DNA of 64,000 bases from Alphaproteobacteria bacterium (GCA_965205265.1 CBDBGH010000003.1:2784001-2848000); one strand, 5' to 3'; shown: positions 32,650-43,351, numbered from the stretch's first letter. Notes: generated by a model not told the origin, from the letters alone. Made by a program: numbers and translations.

Positions 32650-33819
32650 TCAGCGGGCGAGGCGCATCTCGACCAGATTGGCGAAATAGCTCGACCCGAC
32701 GGGCAGCACCTCGTCGTTGAAGTCGTAGCGCGGGTGATGCAGGCCGGGATCGTTGCCCGTCACGCCGCCGCCGAGCCAGATATAGGCTCCCGGCCTTTCC
32801 AGCAGCATGTAGGAGAAGTCCTCGCCGCCCATCACCGGCGCGACAGTGCCGTCAACCCGGGACTCGCCGACCGTGGCGGCGGCGGCGGCGGCGGCGAAGC
32901 CGGTCTCGCGCTCGTGGTTGACGGTCGGCGGATAGCCGCGCTCATAGTCGAAGGCGGCGCTTCCGCCCATCGCCGCCGCGACGGCTTCGGCGATGCGGGT
33001 CATGCCGGCCTCCATGGCGTCGCGAACCTCCGGGTCGAAAGTCCGCACCGTGCCGCACAGCGAGGCGGTGTCCGGAATCACATTGAAGGCCGTGCCGGCA
33101 TGGAACATGGTCGTGCTGATGACCGCCGACTTGATCGGGTCGGCGGTGCGCGACACCAGCGTCTGCCAGGTCGTGACGATCTGCGCCCCGATGGCGACCG
33201 GATCGACGGAAAGATGCGGCATGGCGGCATGCCCGCCCTTGCCCTGGACGGTCAGCTCGAACCGGTCGGCCGCGGCCATCATCGGCCCCGGCACGACGCC
33301 GATGGTGCCGGCCGGCAGCATGGGCGCATTGTGCAGGCCGTAAACCTCGTCGCAGGGGAAACAGTCGAACAACCCCTCCTCGACCATCTTGAGTCCGCCG
33401 GCGCCGCCTTCCTCCGCCGGTTGGAAGATGAGGTTCACGGTGCCGTCGAAGTTCCGTGTCTCGGCGAGATATTTGGCCGCGCCCAGCAGCATGGTCGTGT
33501 GGCCGTCATGCCCGCAGGCATGCATCCGTCCGGGATTGACCGACTTCCAGGGAGACTCGTTCTCCTCGTCCATCGGCAGGCAGTCCATGTCCGCGCGCAG
33601 CCCGATGGTGCGCCCGGAGGCGCCATTGCCCCGGATGACGCCGACCAGCCCGGTCCCGGCGATGTTCCGCGTCACCTCGACCCCCCAGCTTTCCAGCCGT
33701 TCGGCAACCAGGTCGGAGGTCCGGTGCTCCTCGTAGCCGAGCTCGGGATGCATGTGGAAGTCGCGCCGCCATTCGGTCAGTTGCTCGTGGTCGGCGGCGA
33801 TGGAATTGACGATCGGCAT
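32650..33819 (-). CDS. M20D amidohydrolase (hippurate hydrolase-like)
   Basis: RRDFHMHPELGYEE, LRADMD, MHACGHDGH, FQPAEEG, MGGEDF, LHHP.YDFND. Confidence 0.93.
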   Translation of the reverse strand: MPIVNSIAADHEQLTEWRRDFHMHPELGYEEHRTSDLVAERLESWGVEVTRNIAGTGLVGVIRGNGASGRTIGLRADMDCLPMDEENESPWKSVNPGRMHACGHDGHTTMLLGAAKYLAETRNFDGTVNLIFQPAEEGGAGGLKMVEEGLFDCFPCDEVYGLHNAPMLPAGTIGVVPGPMMAAADRFELTVQGKGGHAAMPHLSVDPVAIGAQIVTTWQTLVSRTADPIKSAVISTTMFHAGTAFNVIPDTASLCGTVRTFDPEVRDAMEAGMTRIAEAVAAAMGGSAAFDYERGYPPTVNHERETGFAAAAAAATVGESRVDGTVAPVMGGEDFSYMLLERPGAYIWLGGGVTGNDPGLHHPRYDFNDEVLPVGSSYFANLVEMRLAR

Positions 33820-33825
33820 GGCTTC

Positions 33826-35220
33826 TCAAGCCTCCCTGGCTGCTTCCGTCTTCGACGGCCCGGCGACGAGCGCCGCATTCTCCGTCTCGAGTTCCTGTTC
33901 GATCGCGGCGATCGCCGCCGCCTGGCCGGGCGCCGGCGGGGCCGGCGGCCGCCACTCCAGACTATCGAAAACCCCGCAATGGGGACAAGCGCCGTGCCAA
34001 TCGGGCGACATGGCGCTGCACGCCCGGCAGAACCATGCCGGGTCCCCGGGCGCCAGCCGCGCCCGGGCGAGCCAGTTCCTGGCCGCGCCGGTATCGCCGT
34101 CCGCAACCGCAACGCTCGCCATCAACCGGCAGATGCGCGCCGGCGCGCCTTCACCCGCGAGCGGCTCGACCAGCTTGCGGGCTTCCGCCTGCTGCCCGGC
34201 CGCGAGAGCCAGATCGGCAAGCAGCGCGCGCGTCTCCGGCCGCGCGGCGTCGCCCTTCAACAGGCGTTGCCCCTGCGTGAAGCGCACGGCCGGCGCGAGC
34301 CGGCTCCACAACCCCTCCAGCGCCTCGCCCAGCATCGGGTGGGGAGCCTTCGTCCAGCCGTCGCGAAGCATCTTCTCCGCCCGGCTCCCGTGGCCGGCTG
34401 CGCCTTCCAGGCGCGCCGCGCGGGCCGTTGCAGCAGGCATGGCGGGGGCGAGCTTCCAGGCGGTGCGGGCGTGATTGAGGGCCGCGGCCCTGTCTTCGCG
34501 CTTCTCGGCGAGGCGGGACCGCTCCACGGCGACGATCGCGCGCCGGCGTCTCAGGTCTTCTCCCCGCACGAGCTTCCTGCCCGCCAGCGCCTCCAGCGCC
34601 GCCGACGCGCCGTCCCAGTCGCCATTCGCGGTGCGCAGGTCGAACAGCGCCTCGAGGACCCAGGGCGTGCCCGGCCGCTCCTTTTGCGCGCGGGCGGCGA
34701 TCGCGAGCGCCCCGGCCCGGTCGCCGGCGCGGTCGGCCTGCGCCATCAGGCCGCGCAGGCCGAGCAGGCTGGTCTCCGGTTCGTCCACCATGGCCTCGAA
34801 GAACTTCCGCGCCGCGCTGTCGTCGCCGTTCAATTGCGCCGCCTGCGCTGCAAGCAGCAGGGTAAGCGGCGCGCCGTCGAGCAACCGGTCGGCCTCGCGC
34901 GCGCGGCGCCTGGCCTCGTCGGACGCGCCCGCCGCCACCGCCACCATGCCGAGGCTGAGCGCCCGGTATCCGCGCTCGCGGCGCCGCCCGGCGCGCCCGA
35001 AGCGCATCGCCTGCGGCGCGCGGCGAAGCGCCAGCCAGGACCGGTAAACGAATGCCGCCAGCAGCACGACAAAGAGGAGCGCCACCAGAGGCGCGCCCGC
35101 GGGAGCCTCGACAACCAGGTCTCCGAGGCGGAGTTCGACATCGCCCGGCAATTGCGCCAGCAAAACGGCCGCGGCCACGACCAGCCCGATCTTGAGCAGC
35201 GTCCAGAGCAGGCGGATCAT
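33826..35220 (-). CDS. hemY: HemY-family TPR membrane protein
   Basis: Two N-terminal TM helices, TPR-like body, C-terminal CxxC..W...CPxCG; canonical position after COG4223. Confidence 0.85.
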   Translation of the reverse strand: MIRLLWTLLKIGLVVAAAVLLAQLPGDVELRLGDLVVEAPAGAPLVALLFVVLLAAFVYRSWLALRRAPQAMRFGRAGRRRERGYRALSLGMVAVAAGASDEARRRAREADRLLDGAPLTLLLAAQAAQLNGDDSAARKFFEAMVDEPETSLLGLRGLMAQADRAGDRAGALAIAARAQKERPGTPWVLEALFDLRTANGDWDGASAALEALAGRKLVRGEDLRRRRAIVAVERSRLAEKREDRAAALNHARTAWKLAPAMPAATARAARLEGAAGHGSRAEKMLRDGWTKAPHPMLGEALEGLWSRLAPAVRFTQGQRLLKGDAARPETRALLADLALAAGQQAEARKLVEPLAGEGAPARICRLMASVAVADGDTGAARNWLARARLAPGDPAWFCRACSAMSPDWHGACPHCGVFDSLEWRPPAPPAPGQAAAIAAIEQELETENAALVAGPSKTEAAREA

Positions 35221-36419
35221 CTGCCGTCCCGGGCGGTGAGCGCCTCCAGCTCGGCGTCGGCCGCCAGCCGGTCGCGGGCGACGAGGCGCCAGCCCTCGAA
35301 GGGCAGCGGCAGGTCGCCGCCGAGCTCGGCGAGCGCGCCCGCCAGATCGCCGTCCTCGATATGGGCCTCCGCGCGCCCGAGAGCCGCATCGGCGTCCTCG
35401 CCGGCCAGGTCCCTGGAGACCCGGCGAACGCTCACGACATCGGAGAGCCGCCCGATCACGTCGTCGAGCCAGGGCGCGCCGGTCGTCCCTTCGGGCCGGA
35501 GGGTGCGGGCGCGGGCCAGCGCCTTGAAGCGCCGCGCCAGCGCATTCGCCGTCGGCAGGCCCCGTTCGGCATGCGCCGTCCAGGCGCCGAAACCGGGGCC
35601 GCCGGCCGCCTCGACCGCGTCCAGCTCCTCTCTGAACGGCGCGCCGGACTCCACGGCGAATCTGAGGCGCGCGGCCGCCAGCCTGACCCCGCCGTCCGCC
35701 TCGCCCGAGGAGGCAAGCTTCGCGACCGCGTCGCGCAGCACGGCCAGTTCCGCAAGCGCCTTGTCCGCAGACGCGCCGGCCTCGACAGCCGCGCGGTCGC
35801 TCCCCTCGAGCCCCTCCAGCCGGCCTTCCAGCGCCGCGACCGCCGCTTTCAGGGGCGCCAGCCCCGGGTCCGCAGCCGTCGGGCCCTCGCCGGCAGGTCG
35901 CGCCTCCAGGGCAGCGAGCCCTTCCCTGAGACGGGCAATCTCGGCCACGACGGCCGGATCGACGGCCGGCTCCGCCCGTTCGAGCGCAGCGATGCGCGCC
36001 TCCAGCGCCTCCAGCCGGGCGTCCAGGCGCCGCTCGAACGCCGCGAGCGCCTCGCGCAGAGCGGCGGCTTCGCCGGCTGCCGCCTCAAGTTTCTCCCGGT
36101 TCGCGGCTGTGGCCGCCACCCCGGCCTCCGCTTTCCGCACCCGTTCGGTCAGGCGCTCGATGTCGGCTGTCGTCGCCATGTCGGGCGGCGGGCCGGCGAG
36201 GAAGGCGGCAAGGCGCTCCGGCTGGGCGGCGACCAGATAGCCGAGCGCCGCGATGAACACGACCGGCAGCAGCCAGAGCAGCAGGAACAGCCGCCCGCGG
36301 CGCCGGCGGCGGGCGGCGGCCCTCTCCTCCGGCGTCCCGGCGGCGTCCCCGGCCGGGCGGTCGTCCGCAACCGCCTCGACCTCTATCGGCTCCGCCTCGT
36401 CTCCGGGTCGATCCGTCAT
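35217..36419 (-). CDS. COG4223 mitofilin/Mic60-like protein
   Basis: Single TM helix, long coiled coil, G.PF..EL..GLPT..L..RF..VSVRR C-terminus; lies between hemD and hemY. Confidence 0.82.
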   Translation of the reverse strand: MTDRPGDEAEPIEVEAVADDRPAGDAAGTPEERAAARRRRRGRLFLLLWLLPVVFIAALGYLVAAQPERLAAFLAGPPPDMATTADIERLTERVRKAEAGVAATAANREKLEAAAGEAAALREALAAFERRLDARLEALEARIAALERAEPAVDPAVVAEIARLREGLAALEARPAGEGPTAADPGLAPLKAAVAALEGRLEGLEGSDRAAVEAGASADKALAELAVLRDAVAKLASSGEADGGVRLAAARLRFAVESGAPFREELDAVEAAGGPGFGAWTAHAERGLPTANALARRFKALARARTLRPEGTTGAPWLDDVIGRLSDVVSVRRVSRDLAGEDADAALGRAEAHIEDGDLAGALAELGGDLPLPFEGWRLVARDRLAADAELEALTARDGR

Positions 36420-37162
36420 CGGCGTCCTTCGCCGGCAATGCCGGGCGTTTCCAGGATACGGTCCACTTCCGCCATCATCGCCTCGTGATCCGGCCGGCCG
36501 GCCACGCGGACCTCGCGCCAGGCAACGCCTTCCAGAGCCCGGCCCACGGCCTCGCTGAGGACACAGGCATGAACGCAGCGGCAGGACTCCCCAACGCCGC
36601 TCCGCCGCGCCAATCTAGCAAAGACCGCCGCCGACCGGGGAGAGAAAAACAGGGCGAGCTGTAGCCCACCGGCACTCAATTCCCCCATGAGCGCCGGGCT
36701 GAACGCCTCGGCGGCGCGGGCCCGGTAGAGCACCTCGCGCCGCACCCGGAACCCCGCCGGCGCCAGGGCGCCCGCCAGGTCTCCCGCAACGGCCTCTCCC
36801 GACGCATGGAGCAGCGGCCCCGCCGAGGCCTCGCAGCGCGCCGCCGCCAGCCGGGCCAGCGCCTCTCCGTCGCCCGCCGCGCTCTCGACCCGGCGGAACC
36901 CGGCGGCGCGCGCCGTCCGCGCCGTCGCGTCGCCCGCCGCAAGCGCCGGCAGGCCGCGCTCCGGCGAGGCCGCCGCGAAGGCGCGCACCCCGTTCGCGCT
37001 GGTGAACAGCAGCGCCTGCACGCCGGCAAGATCGAGGGCCGGCGCCGGCAGCAGCTCGATCCCGAGCATCGGCTCCACCAGTGCGGCCACGCCGCGCGCC
37101 GCCAGCGCGTCGGCCGTGCGGCCGGCATCCGGCAGCGGCCGGGTGACGAGCGCGCGGATCAC
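36416..37162 (-). CDS. hemD: Uroporphyrinogen-III synthase
   Basis: GTG start overlapping the hemC stop; LVTRP, LFTSANGV, LFFSPRSA. Confidence 0.9.
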   Translation of the reverse strand: MIRALVTRPLPDAGRTADALAARGVAALVEPMLGIELLPAPALDLAGVQALLFTSANGVRAFAAASPERGLPALAAGDATARTARAAGFRRVESAAGDGEALARLAAARCEASAGPLLHASGEAVAGDLAGALAPAGFRVRREVLYRARAAEAFSPALMGELSAGGLQLALFFSPRSAAVFARLARRSGVGESCRCVHACVLSEAVGRALEGVAWREVRVAGRPDHEAMMAEVDRILETPGIAGEGRR

Positions 37163-38064
37163 GCCTCCAGCGCGCCCGGCGGCGCCTCCGCGCGGAGCGC
37201 TTCCCCCGCATCGAGCCCGATCGACTGCGCATCGCCGGCCGGGCCCGACCGGCACACTTCCCGCATCTCCGCCCCGTCCGGCGTCAGCAGCCGGCCCCGA
37301 AGCACGAGTTCGCCGTTCCGGAGGCGGGCATGGGCGGCAATCGGCGTCCGGCAGGAGCCGTCGAGCGCGGCGAGCAGGGCGCGCTCCGCCGCAACGCAGC
37401 AGGAGGTGGGTCCGTGGTCGATGGCGGCGAGGCGCTCGCGCAAGGCGTCGTCCCCCGCGCGGCATTCGATGCCGACCGCGCCCTGCCCCGCCGCCGGCAG
37501 CATCTCCTCCGGCGCAAGGGGCGCGGCGCGCGCCGCCAGGCCCAGCCGCACGAGCCCGGCCATGGCGAGGAAGGTCGCGTCGAACGCCCCGGCGCGCACC
37601 CGCTCCAGCCGCGTTTCGACATTGCCGCGGATGAGCGCCGGCACGAGGTCCGGGCGCCGGGCCAGCATCTGCGCCTGCCGGCGCAGCGAGGCCGTGCCGA
37701 CGCGCGCGCCCGGCGCCAGATCGGCGAGCGTGCGCGCTCCGCCCGCCAGGCCGTCGCGGGGGTCTTCGCGCGCCAGCATGGCGGCCAGTACGAAGCCCTC
37801 CGGCAACGCCGTCTCCAGATCCTTCACCGAGTGGACCGCGGCGTCGATCCGCCCGTCCGCCAGCGCCGCCTCGATCTCCTTGGCGAACAGGCCCTTGCCG
37901 CCGATATCGGCCAGCCGCCGGTCGCGGATCCGGTCGCCGGTCGTGCGGATCGCGACGATCTCGACATCGAGGCCGGGGTCGTGCGCCCGCAGGGCGGCGG
38001 CGGCCTCTTCCGCCTGCTTGAGAGCGAGCGGGCTGCCGCGCGTGCCGAGACGGAGTTTCGCCAT
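37159..38064 (-). CDS. hemC: Hydroxymethylbilane synthase
   Basis: [53 protein letters not shown]. Confidence 0.97.
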   Translation of the reverse strand: MAKLRLGTRGSPLALKQAEEAAAALRAHDPGLDVEIVAIRTTGDRIRDRRLADIGGKGLFAKEIEAALADGRIDAAVHSVKDLETALPEGFVLAAMLAREDPRDGLAGGARTLADLAPGARVGTASLRRQAQMLARRPDLVPALIRGNVETRLERVRAGAFDATFLAMAGLVRLGLAARAAPLAPEEMLPAAGQGAVGIECRAGDDALRERLAAIDHGPTSCCVAAERALLAALDGSCRTPIAAHARLRNGELVLRGRLLTPDGAEMREVCRSGPAGDAQSIGLDAGEALRAEAPPGALEA

Positions 38065-38144
38065 GCAAAGCGAGTTACCCGTTCCCGCCGACAGGCGCAA
38101 TCGGCCGTTGCACAGGCCCCGTGTGCCTGTATCGTCCTGCCGCC

Positions 38145-39176
38145 ATGCGGGTCCTCGGCATCGAGACGAGTTGCGACGAGACGGCGGCGGCCGTGGTGGA
38201 CGCCGACCGGCGCATCCTCGCCGAGCGCCTGTTCTCCCAGACCCGCGAGCACGCGCCCTATGGCGGCGTCGTGCCCGAGATCGCGGCCCGCGCCCATCTC
38301 GACCGCCTGGACGCGCTGGTGGCCGAAACGATGGCGGAGGCCGGCCTCGGCTTCGCCGGGCTCGACGGCATCGCCGCCGCCGCCGGACCGGGCCTGATCG
38401 GCGGGCTGCTTGTGGGCGCGACCGCGGCGAAGGCGATGGCGCTCGCGAGCGGGCGGCCCTTCCTCGCGGTCAACCACCTGGAGGCGCACGCGCTCACCGC
38501 AAGGCTCACGGACGGGCTCGACTTCCCCTATCTGCTGCTGCTGGTCTCCGGTGGACACACCCAATTGCTGGCGGTGGAAGGCGTCGGCCGCTACCGGCTC
38601 TACGGCGAGACCGAGGACGACGCGCTGGGCGAGGCGTTCGACAAGGCCGCCCGCCTGCTCGGGCTGGGCTTTCCCGGCGGGCCGGCGGTCGAGAAGGCGG
38701 CGGAGGCAGGCGACCCGGCGCGGTTCCGCCTGCCGCGTCCGCTCGCGGGACGGCCGGGCGCCGGCTTCTCCTTCTCCGGCCTCAAGACCGCGCTCCGCCG
38801 CGCCGCGGAGGCGCTGCCCGCGCCGGACGAACGGGACATTGCGGACCTCGCCGCGTCCTTCCAGACCGCCACCGCCGATACGCTGGCCGACCGCACCGCC
38901 AATGCCGCCGCCATGTTCCGCCGCGACTGCCCGGCGGGCCGGGTGCTAGTGGCGGCCGGCGGCGTCGCCGCGAACCGCAGCCTGCGGGCGCGCCTCCGGG
39001 AAGTGGCGGCGGCGCACGGCCTCGCCTTCGCCGCCCCGCCGCCGCGCCTCTGCACCGACAATGCCGCGATGGTGGCCTGGGCGGGGCTGGAGCGGCTGAG
39101 GCTCGGCGCGCGCGACGGCCTCGACTTCCGCCCCCGGCCGCGCTGGCCGCTCGCGTCTGCGAACGGCGCGCCGTGA
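38145..39176 (+). CDS. tsaD: tRNA N6-threonylcarbamoyltransferase
   Basis: [53 protein letters not shown]. Confidence 0.97.
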   Translation: MRVLGIETSCDETAAAVVDADRRILAERLFSQTREHAPYGGVVPEIAARAHLDRLDALVAETMAEAGLGFAGLDGIAAAAGPGLIGGLLVGATAAKAMALASGRPFLAVNHLEAHALTARLTDGLDFPYLLLLVSGGHTQLLAVEGVGRYRLYGETEDDALGEAFDKAARLLGLGFPGGPAVEKAAEAGDPARFRLPRPLAGRPGAGFSFSGLKTALRRAAEALPAPDERDIADLAASFQTATADTLADRTANAAAMFRRDCPAGRVLVAAGGVAANRSLRARLREVAAAHGLAFAAPPPRLCTDNAAMVAWAGLERLRLGARDGLDFRPRPRWPLASANGAP

Positions 39177-40027
39177 GGGTCGGCGTGCTGGGCGCGGGCG
39201 CATGGGGCCAAGCGCTCGCGAAAACGGCGGCGCGCGCCGGGCACGAAGCGATGCTCTGGGGCCGGGCAGACGGCGCGGACCACTTCGAGGCCGCCGCCTC
39301 GGCCGAGGTCGTGGTTCTGGCGGTCCCGGCCCAGGCCATGGCCGAAATCGCCGACCGGCTCGATCCCGAAACCGTGCGCGGCGTGCCGGTAATCGCCGCC
39401 AAGGGGCTGGAGCGCGGCACCGGCCGGCTGATGAGCGAGGTTCTGGGTCCGAGCTTCGCCGCGGGCGTGCTCTCCGGCCCCAATTTCGCCGCCGAGGTCG
39501 CCGCCGGGCTGCCGACGGCGGCCGTGCTGGCCGGCGCGCCGCAGGCGGCCTTCGCCGCGGCCGGCTTCCGCGTCTATGAAAGCCGCGATGTCGTCGGGGT
39601 GCAGCTTTGCGGGGCGCTCAAGAATGTCATCGCCATCGCGGCGGGCATCGCCGAAGGACGCCGGCTCGGCGAGAACGCCCGCGCCGCGCTGGTGACGCGG
39701 GGCCTCGCGGAAATCCGCCGCCTCGTCATCGCCGAGGGCGGCGAGGCGGAGACGGTCGCGGGGCTAGCCGGCCTCGGCGACCTGATGCTGACCGCGACCA
39801 GCCCGACCTCGCGCAATTACGCCTACGGGGCGGCGCTCGGCAGGGGCGAGCCGCCGCCGGCCGCGCTTGCCGAAGGCGCGACCACGGCCGCGCCCGCCCT
39901 GTTCCGCGCGGCGCGCGCCGGCGTGGCGTTGCCGATTGCCGCGGCCGTCGCCGATATTGTCGCGGGGCGCGTCGATATAGAAACCGCCATGAAGCGGCTG
40001 CTCGCCCGCCCCGCCGGCCGCGAATAG
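39173..40027 (+). CDS. gpsA: NAD(P)H-dependent glycerol-3-phosphate dehydrogenase
   Basis: GTG start overlapping the tsaD stop; [44 protein letters not shown]. Confidence 0.93.
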   Translation: MRVGVLGAGAWGQALAKTAARAGHEAMLWGRADGADHFEAAASAEVVVLAVPAQAMAEIADRLDPETVRGVPVIAAKGLERGTGRLMSEVLGPSFAAGVLSGPNFAAEVAAGLPTAAVLAGAPQAAFAAAGFRVYESRDVVGVQLCGALKNVIAIAAGIAEGRRLGENARAALVTRGLAEIRRLVIAEGGEAETVAGLAGLGDLMLTATSPTSRNYAYGAALGRGEPPPAALAEGATTAAPALFRAARAGVALPIAAAVADIVAGRVDIETAMKRLLARPAGRE

Positions 40028-40133
40028 AGCGCGGCCCTGTCTCCCGCTCTCGACGGGTCCCACCCGTTCTGGCCAAAATCCGGGCGGCCATGTATATCGG
40101 CATACTGTTCCCGCACGGTCGGACGGCGCGCGA

Positions 40134-40280
40134 ATGAGCACGATGAACAGCGAGGTCCATTCGGTCGCCCGCTACGACGGCGATATCGCCGAGATCAAGG
40201 CGAGCCTGTTGCTGCTCAGATGGATGGTCGGCTTCACCCTGGCGTTTGCGGTCGCGATTACCTGGCGCGTTTTCGGGTAA
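40134..40280 (+). CDS. Small coiled-coil/TM protein (CCDC90/DUF1640-like, 48 aa)
   Basis: Hand translation MSTMNSEVHSVARYDGDIAEIKASLLLLRWMVGFTLAFAVAITWRVFG; below the ORF-track cutoff. Confidence 0.55.
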   Translation: MSTMNSEVHSVARYDGDIAEIKASLLLLRWMVGFTLAFAVAITWRVFG

Positions 40281-40371
40281 ACCCGCGTCCCCAGGCTGCG
40301 TTTCACTCTCTACCGGTTCTCCCGGAAATACCGGCGTATAGTCGTTCCCTGCTGAGGAGGGAGTGCGCCCG

Positions 40372-40785
40372 ATGAATTACTGGCTGTTCAAAAGCGAGCC
40401 CGGCGCGTGGTCCTGGCAGGACCAGCTGGATGCCGGCACGGCCGAATGGGACGGCGTGCGCAACTACCAGGCCGCCAACAACATGAAGGCGATGAAGGTC
40501 GGAGACCGGGGCTTCTTCTACCATTCGGTCGGCGAGCGCGCGATCGTCGGCACGGTCGAGGTGGTGAAGGAATACTACCCGGACCCGACCGACGCCTCGG
40601 GCCGCTTCGGCATGGTGGACGTGCGCGCCGTCGAGAGCGCGGCCCGCCCGGTGACGCTGGCGGAGATCAAGGCGGACCCCGACTTTTCGGAACTGCCGCT
40701 GGTGCGCCAGTCCAGGCTTTCCGTCTCGCCGGTGCCGGCCCCGCTCTGGGCGAAGCTCTGCGCGATGGCGGGCGTCTCCGGCTGA
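40372..40785 (+). CDS. EVE domain protein
   Basis: YWLFKSEP, WDGVRNYQA.N, FFYHS, RQSRLSVSPV. Confidence 0.93.
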   Translation: MNYWLFKSEPGAWSWQDQLDAGTAEWDGVRNYQAANNMKAMKVGDRGFFYHSVGERAIVGTVEVVKEYYPDPTDASGRFGMVDVRAVESAARPVTLAEIKADPDFSELPLVRQSRLSVSPVPAPLWAKLCAMAGVSG

Positions 40786-40798
40786 CCCGCCGGGCGCC

Positions 40799-41674
40799 AT
40801 GGGCTGGCTCGACCGCATCGCCGAGTGCAACCGGCACGACCTTTCCGGCTTCCTGCCCTTCGACGTCGGAGACAAGCGGATCGGCTGGGTCCGCCGCGGC
40901 CTGGCGGAGCGGCTCGCCGACCGGCCGGAGGTCTTTGCCGTCGGGGGCGGATCGGCCGGTTTCGCGCCCGCCCTCGGCGCGCCTGGACAGCGGAGCGCCG
41001 CGCTCGCCGGGATCGTCCGCGAATGGCACGGGAACGGCCTGCTGCGCCGGGTCAGCGGGGAGTTGCTCGCGGTCGGCGCGGGCATGGGTGAACCGCCGCT
41101 CTTCCTGATCGACCGTTCGGCCGTGCAGGCTTTCGGCTTCAGCGCGGTGGGCGTGCATGTCAACGGCTATGTGCGCCGCGACGACGGGCTGCATGTCTGG
41201 GTGGCGGAGCGTGCCGCCGGCCGCCACAGCTATCCGGGCATGCTGGACAACATGGTGGCCGGCGGGCAGCCGGCCGGCCTCTCGCTGATGGAGAATGTCG
41301 TCAAGGAAGCCGCCGAGGAGGCGGGCATCCCGGAGGCGCTTGCGGCGCACGCCCGGCCTGCCGGCGCCGTCACCTATTGCCTGGAGGCCGAAGCCGGCCT
41401 GCGCCCCGACATTCTCTATGTGTACGACCTCGAGCTTCCCGCCGGCTTCGAGCCGCGCAATGCCGACGGGGAGGTTGCGCATTTCGAGCTCTGGCCGGCC
41501 GCCCGCCTCGCCGAAACCGTGCGGGACACGAGGCGGTTCAAGTTCAACTGCAATCTCGTCATCATCGACTTCCTCATCCGCCGGGGCGTTCTCGGTCCGG
41601 AAGAGCCGGATTACGCGGCCATTCTCGCCGGCCTCCGCCCCCGGCTCCCCATCGACCCCTGGCGGTTGTGGTAG
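40799..41674 (+). CDS. NUDIX hydrolase with DUF4743 N-terminus
   Basis: GVHVNGYV, YPGMLDNMVAGG..KEAAEEAG, P.NADGEV, FKFNCNLV. Confidence 0.88.
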   Translation: MGWLDRIAECNRHDLSGFLPFDVGDKRIGWVRRGLAERLADRPEVFAVGGGSAGFAPALGAPGQRSAALAGIVREWHGNGLLRRVSGELLAVGAGMGEPPLFLIDRSAVQAFGFSAVGVHVNGYVRRDDGLHVWVAERAAGRHSYPGMLDNMVAGGQPAGLSLMENVVKEAAEEAGIPEALAAHARPAGAVTYCLEAEAGLRPDILYVYDLELPAGFEPRNADGEVAHFELWPAARLAETVRDTRRFKFNCNLVIIDFLIRRGVLGPEEPDYAAILAGLRPRLPIDPWRLW

Positions 41675-41707
41675 TCTCGCCGGGCGCGGGCGAGGCGGGA
41701 GGCTCCG

Positions 41708-42601
41708 ATGGTCCACGATGTCCTGAATGACGGTTTCCTTGAAGTCATCGACCCCGATGCGGCGCCGGAAAAGATCGGCGGCGGCTTCGATTTCACCGAG
41801 GGGCCCGTCTGGCATCCGCGCGAGAAGACCGTGGTTTTCTCCGACATGCCGGGCAACCGCATGCGCGTGTGGACCGAGGCCGGCGGCGTCGCCACCTTCC
41901 GCAAGCCCAGCAACATGGCGAACGGCAATGCCTACGACCGCGAAGGCCGGCTCGTCACCTGCGAGCACGCCACCAGCCGGGTGACGCGCACCCGCCATGA
42001 CGGCGGGGTCGAGGTGCTTGCCAGCCACTATGAGGGCAAGGAGCTCAACAGCCCGAACGACATCATCGTGGCGTCCGACGGCGCGATCCTCTTCACCGAT
42101 CCGGGCTTCGGCCGCATGGCCTATTACGGCGTCGAGCGCGAGTCCGAGCTGGATTTCCGCGGCGTTTACCGGCTGGAGCCGGGCGGCGGCGGGCCGCGCC
42201 TGCTCGCCTCGGATTTCGACCAGCCGAACGGCCTCTGCCTCTCGCTCGACGAGAAGCGCCTCTGGATCAACGACACCATGCGCGGCCATATCAGGGTGTT
42301 CGATGTGGAAGCGGACGGCGCGCTCTCCTCCGGCCGCGTCTGGGCGGAGGTTGCGGGCGAGGGGCCGGGCCTGCCCGACGGCATGAAGATCGACGCGGAG
42401 GAGCGGATCTACTGCACCGGCCCCGGCCCCGGCATCCATGTCTTCGACCGCGATGCGACACCGCTCGGCATCGTCCGCCTCCCGGAAGGCTGCGCCAATT
42501 TCTGCTTCGGCGGCGAAGACATGCGCACCCTCTTCGCCACCGCCTCCACCTCCCTCTACCGCATTCCGATGCGCGCGGCAGGACCGTTGTTGCGGTTCTG
42601 A
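41708..42601 (+). CDS. SMP-30/gluconolactonase family
   Basis: FTEGPVW, LNSPND, PNGL..S.DE, PDGMKID, ANFCFGG. Confidence 0.92.
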   Translation: MVHDVLNDGFLEVIDPDAAPEKIGGGFDFTEGPVWHPREKTVVFSDMPGNRMRVWTEAGGVATFRKPSNMANGNAYDREGRLVTCEHATSRVTRTRHDGGVEVLASHYEGKELNSPNDIIVASDGAILFTDPGFGRMAYYGVERESELDFRGVYRLEPGGGGPRLLASDFDQPNGLCLSLDEKRLWINDTMRGHIRVFDVEADGALSSGRVWAEVAGEGPGLPDGMKIDAEERIYCTGPGPGIHVFDRDATPLGIVRLPEGCANFCFGGEDMRTLFATASTSLYRIPMRAAGPLLRF

Positions 42602-42618
42602 AGTTCCGGAGACCGGAA

Positions 42619-42852
42619 ATGACGGCCTGGAAACTCGACCCCGCGATTGCTGAGCTCCGGGCCGTCAAGGACGCCTACGCGGCGGAATTCGACTTCGACA
42701 TCGACGCGATTTGCGACCGCCTCATTGCCATGGAGAAGACTTCGGGCCGCGATTATGTCTCGCACCCTCCGCGCCGTGTCGCAGCGGAAGCGCCGGTGAT
42801 TTGTACGCCAAGTGAACCACTGGGGAACGATGATGGCGACAACCCGACCTGA
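42619..42852 (+). CDS. Small hypothetical protein, paralog A
   Basis: GGAG RBS; DPAIAELRAVKDAYAAEFDFDIDAI..EKTSGRDYVSHPPRRV. Confidence 0.7.
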   Translation: MTAWKLDPAIAELRAVKDAYAAEFDFDIDAICDRLIAMEKTSGRDYVSHPPRRVAAEAPVICTPSEPLGNDDGDNPT

Positions 42853-43021
42853 CCCGATAATCGCAGAAGTCCGGGCGGTGCGTGACGCGCATGCAGCCCG
42901 TTTCAACCACGATGTGAAGGCAATCTTCGAGGATATCCGCGCAAAGCAGAAGGCTTCGGAACGAGATTATGTCTCCTGTCCTCCCCGTCGCGTCATGGCG
43001 GAAGCGCCGAACGGGGAGTAA
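42830..43021 (+). CDS. Small hypothetical protein, paralog B
   Basis: DPIIAEVRAVRDAHAARFNHDVKAI..QKASERDYVSCPPRRV; clear paralog of A. Confidence 0.7.
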   Translation: MMATTRPDPIIAEVRAVRDAHAARFNHDVKAIFEDIRAKQKASERDYVSCPPRRVMAEAPNGE

Positions 43022-43074
43022 GCGCGTCTGGAGGGCTGCCAGTGGGATCGAACAAAGCCCGCAATGCCCCCCAA

Positions 43075-43195
43075 CCGCCTGCCCCCGCGAAGGCGGGGGT
43101 CGCCCCGGACCCCGATCCGGGGCCTCCGGAAGCATAGGCAACCCCTTCGACATCCCGCCAAGTGGCGCGAGGCCCCGGCTCGGAGGCGGGGCGAC
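43075..43195. repeat. REP-like palindromes
   Basis: cccccgc-gaag-gcggggg and gccccggaccccgatccgggg; the latter recurs near 44335-44355. Confidence 0.65.
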
Positions 43196-43324
43196 GGTGT
43201 TTTTACGTCTTCGACCCGGTCGCCGCTTGCCCGAATACCGCGAGGCACCCGTTCTCAAACGGTCTCTGACATCGCATATCAAGAAAAATTACCGATATTC
43301 TTGAATTTTGTTCCCTGTATGGGC

Positions 43325-43351
43325 TTGACATCTGGCGGATTGTGGTATGAT
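43325..43351 (+). promoter_or_regulatory. Putative promoter of composite element copy A
   Basis: TTGACA-N15-TATGAT with extended -10 TG; same geometry at 56454-56480 on the minus strand. Confidence 0.55.

Noticed and set aside
32590-36240. 1216-aa plus-strand ORF and similar long ORFs (25663-27942, 23520-25718, 47084-50002)
   Set aside because: Antisense shadows of well-supported genes, expected at this GC content
36806-40027. 1073-aa ORF
   Set aside because: Only the last 284 codons (gpsA) are real; the rest overlaps hemC, hemD and tsaD
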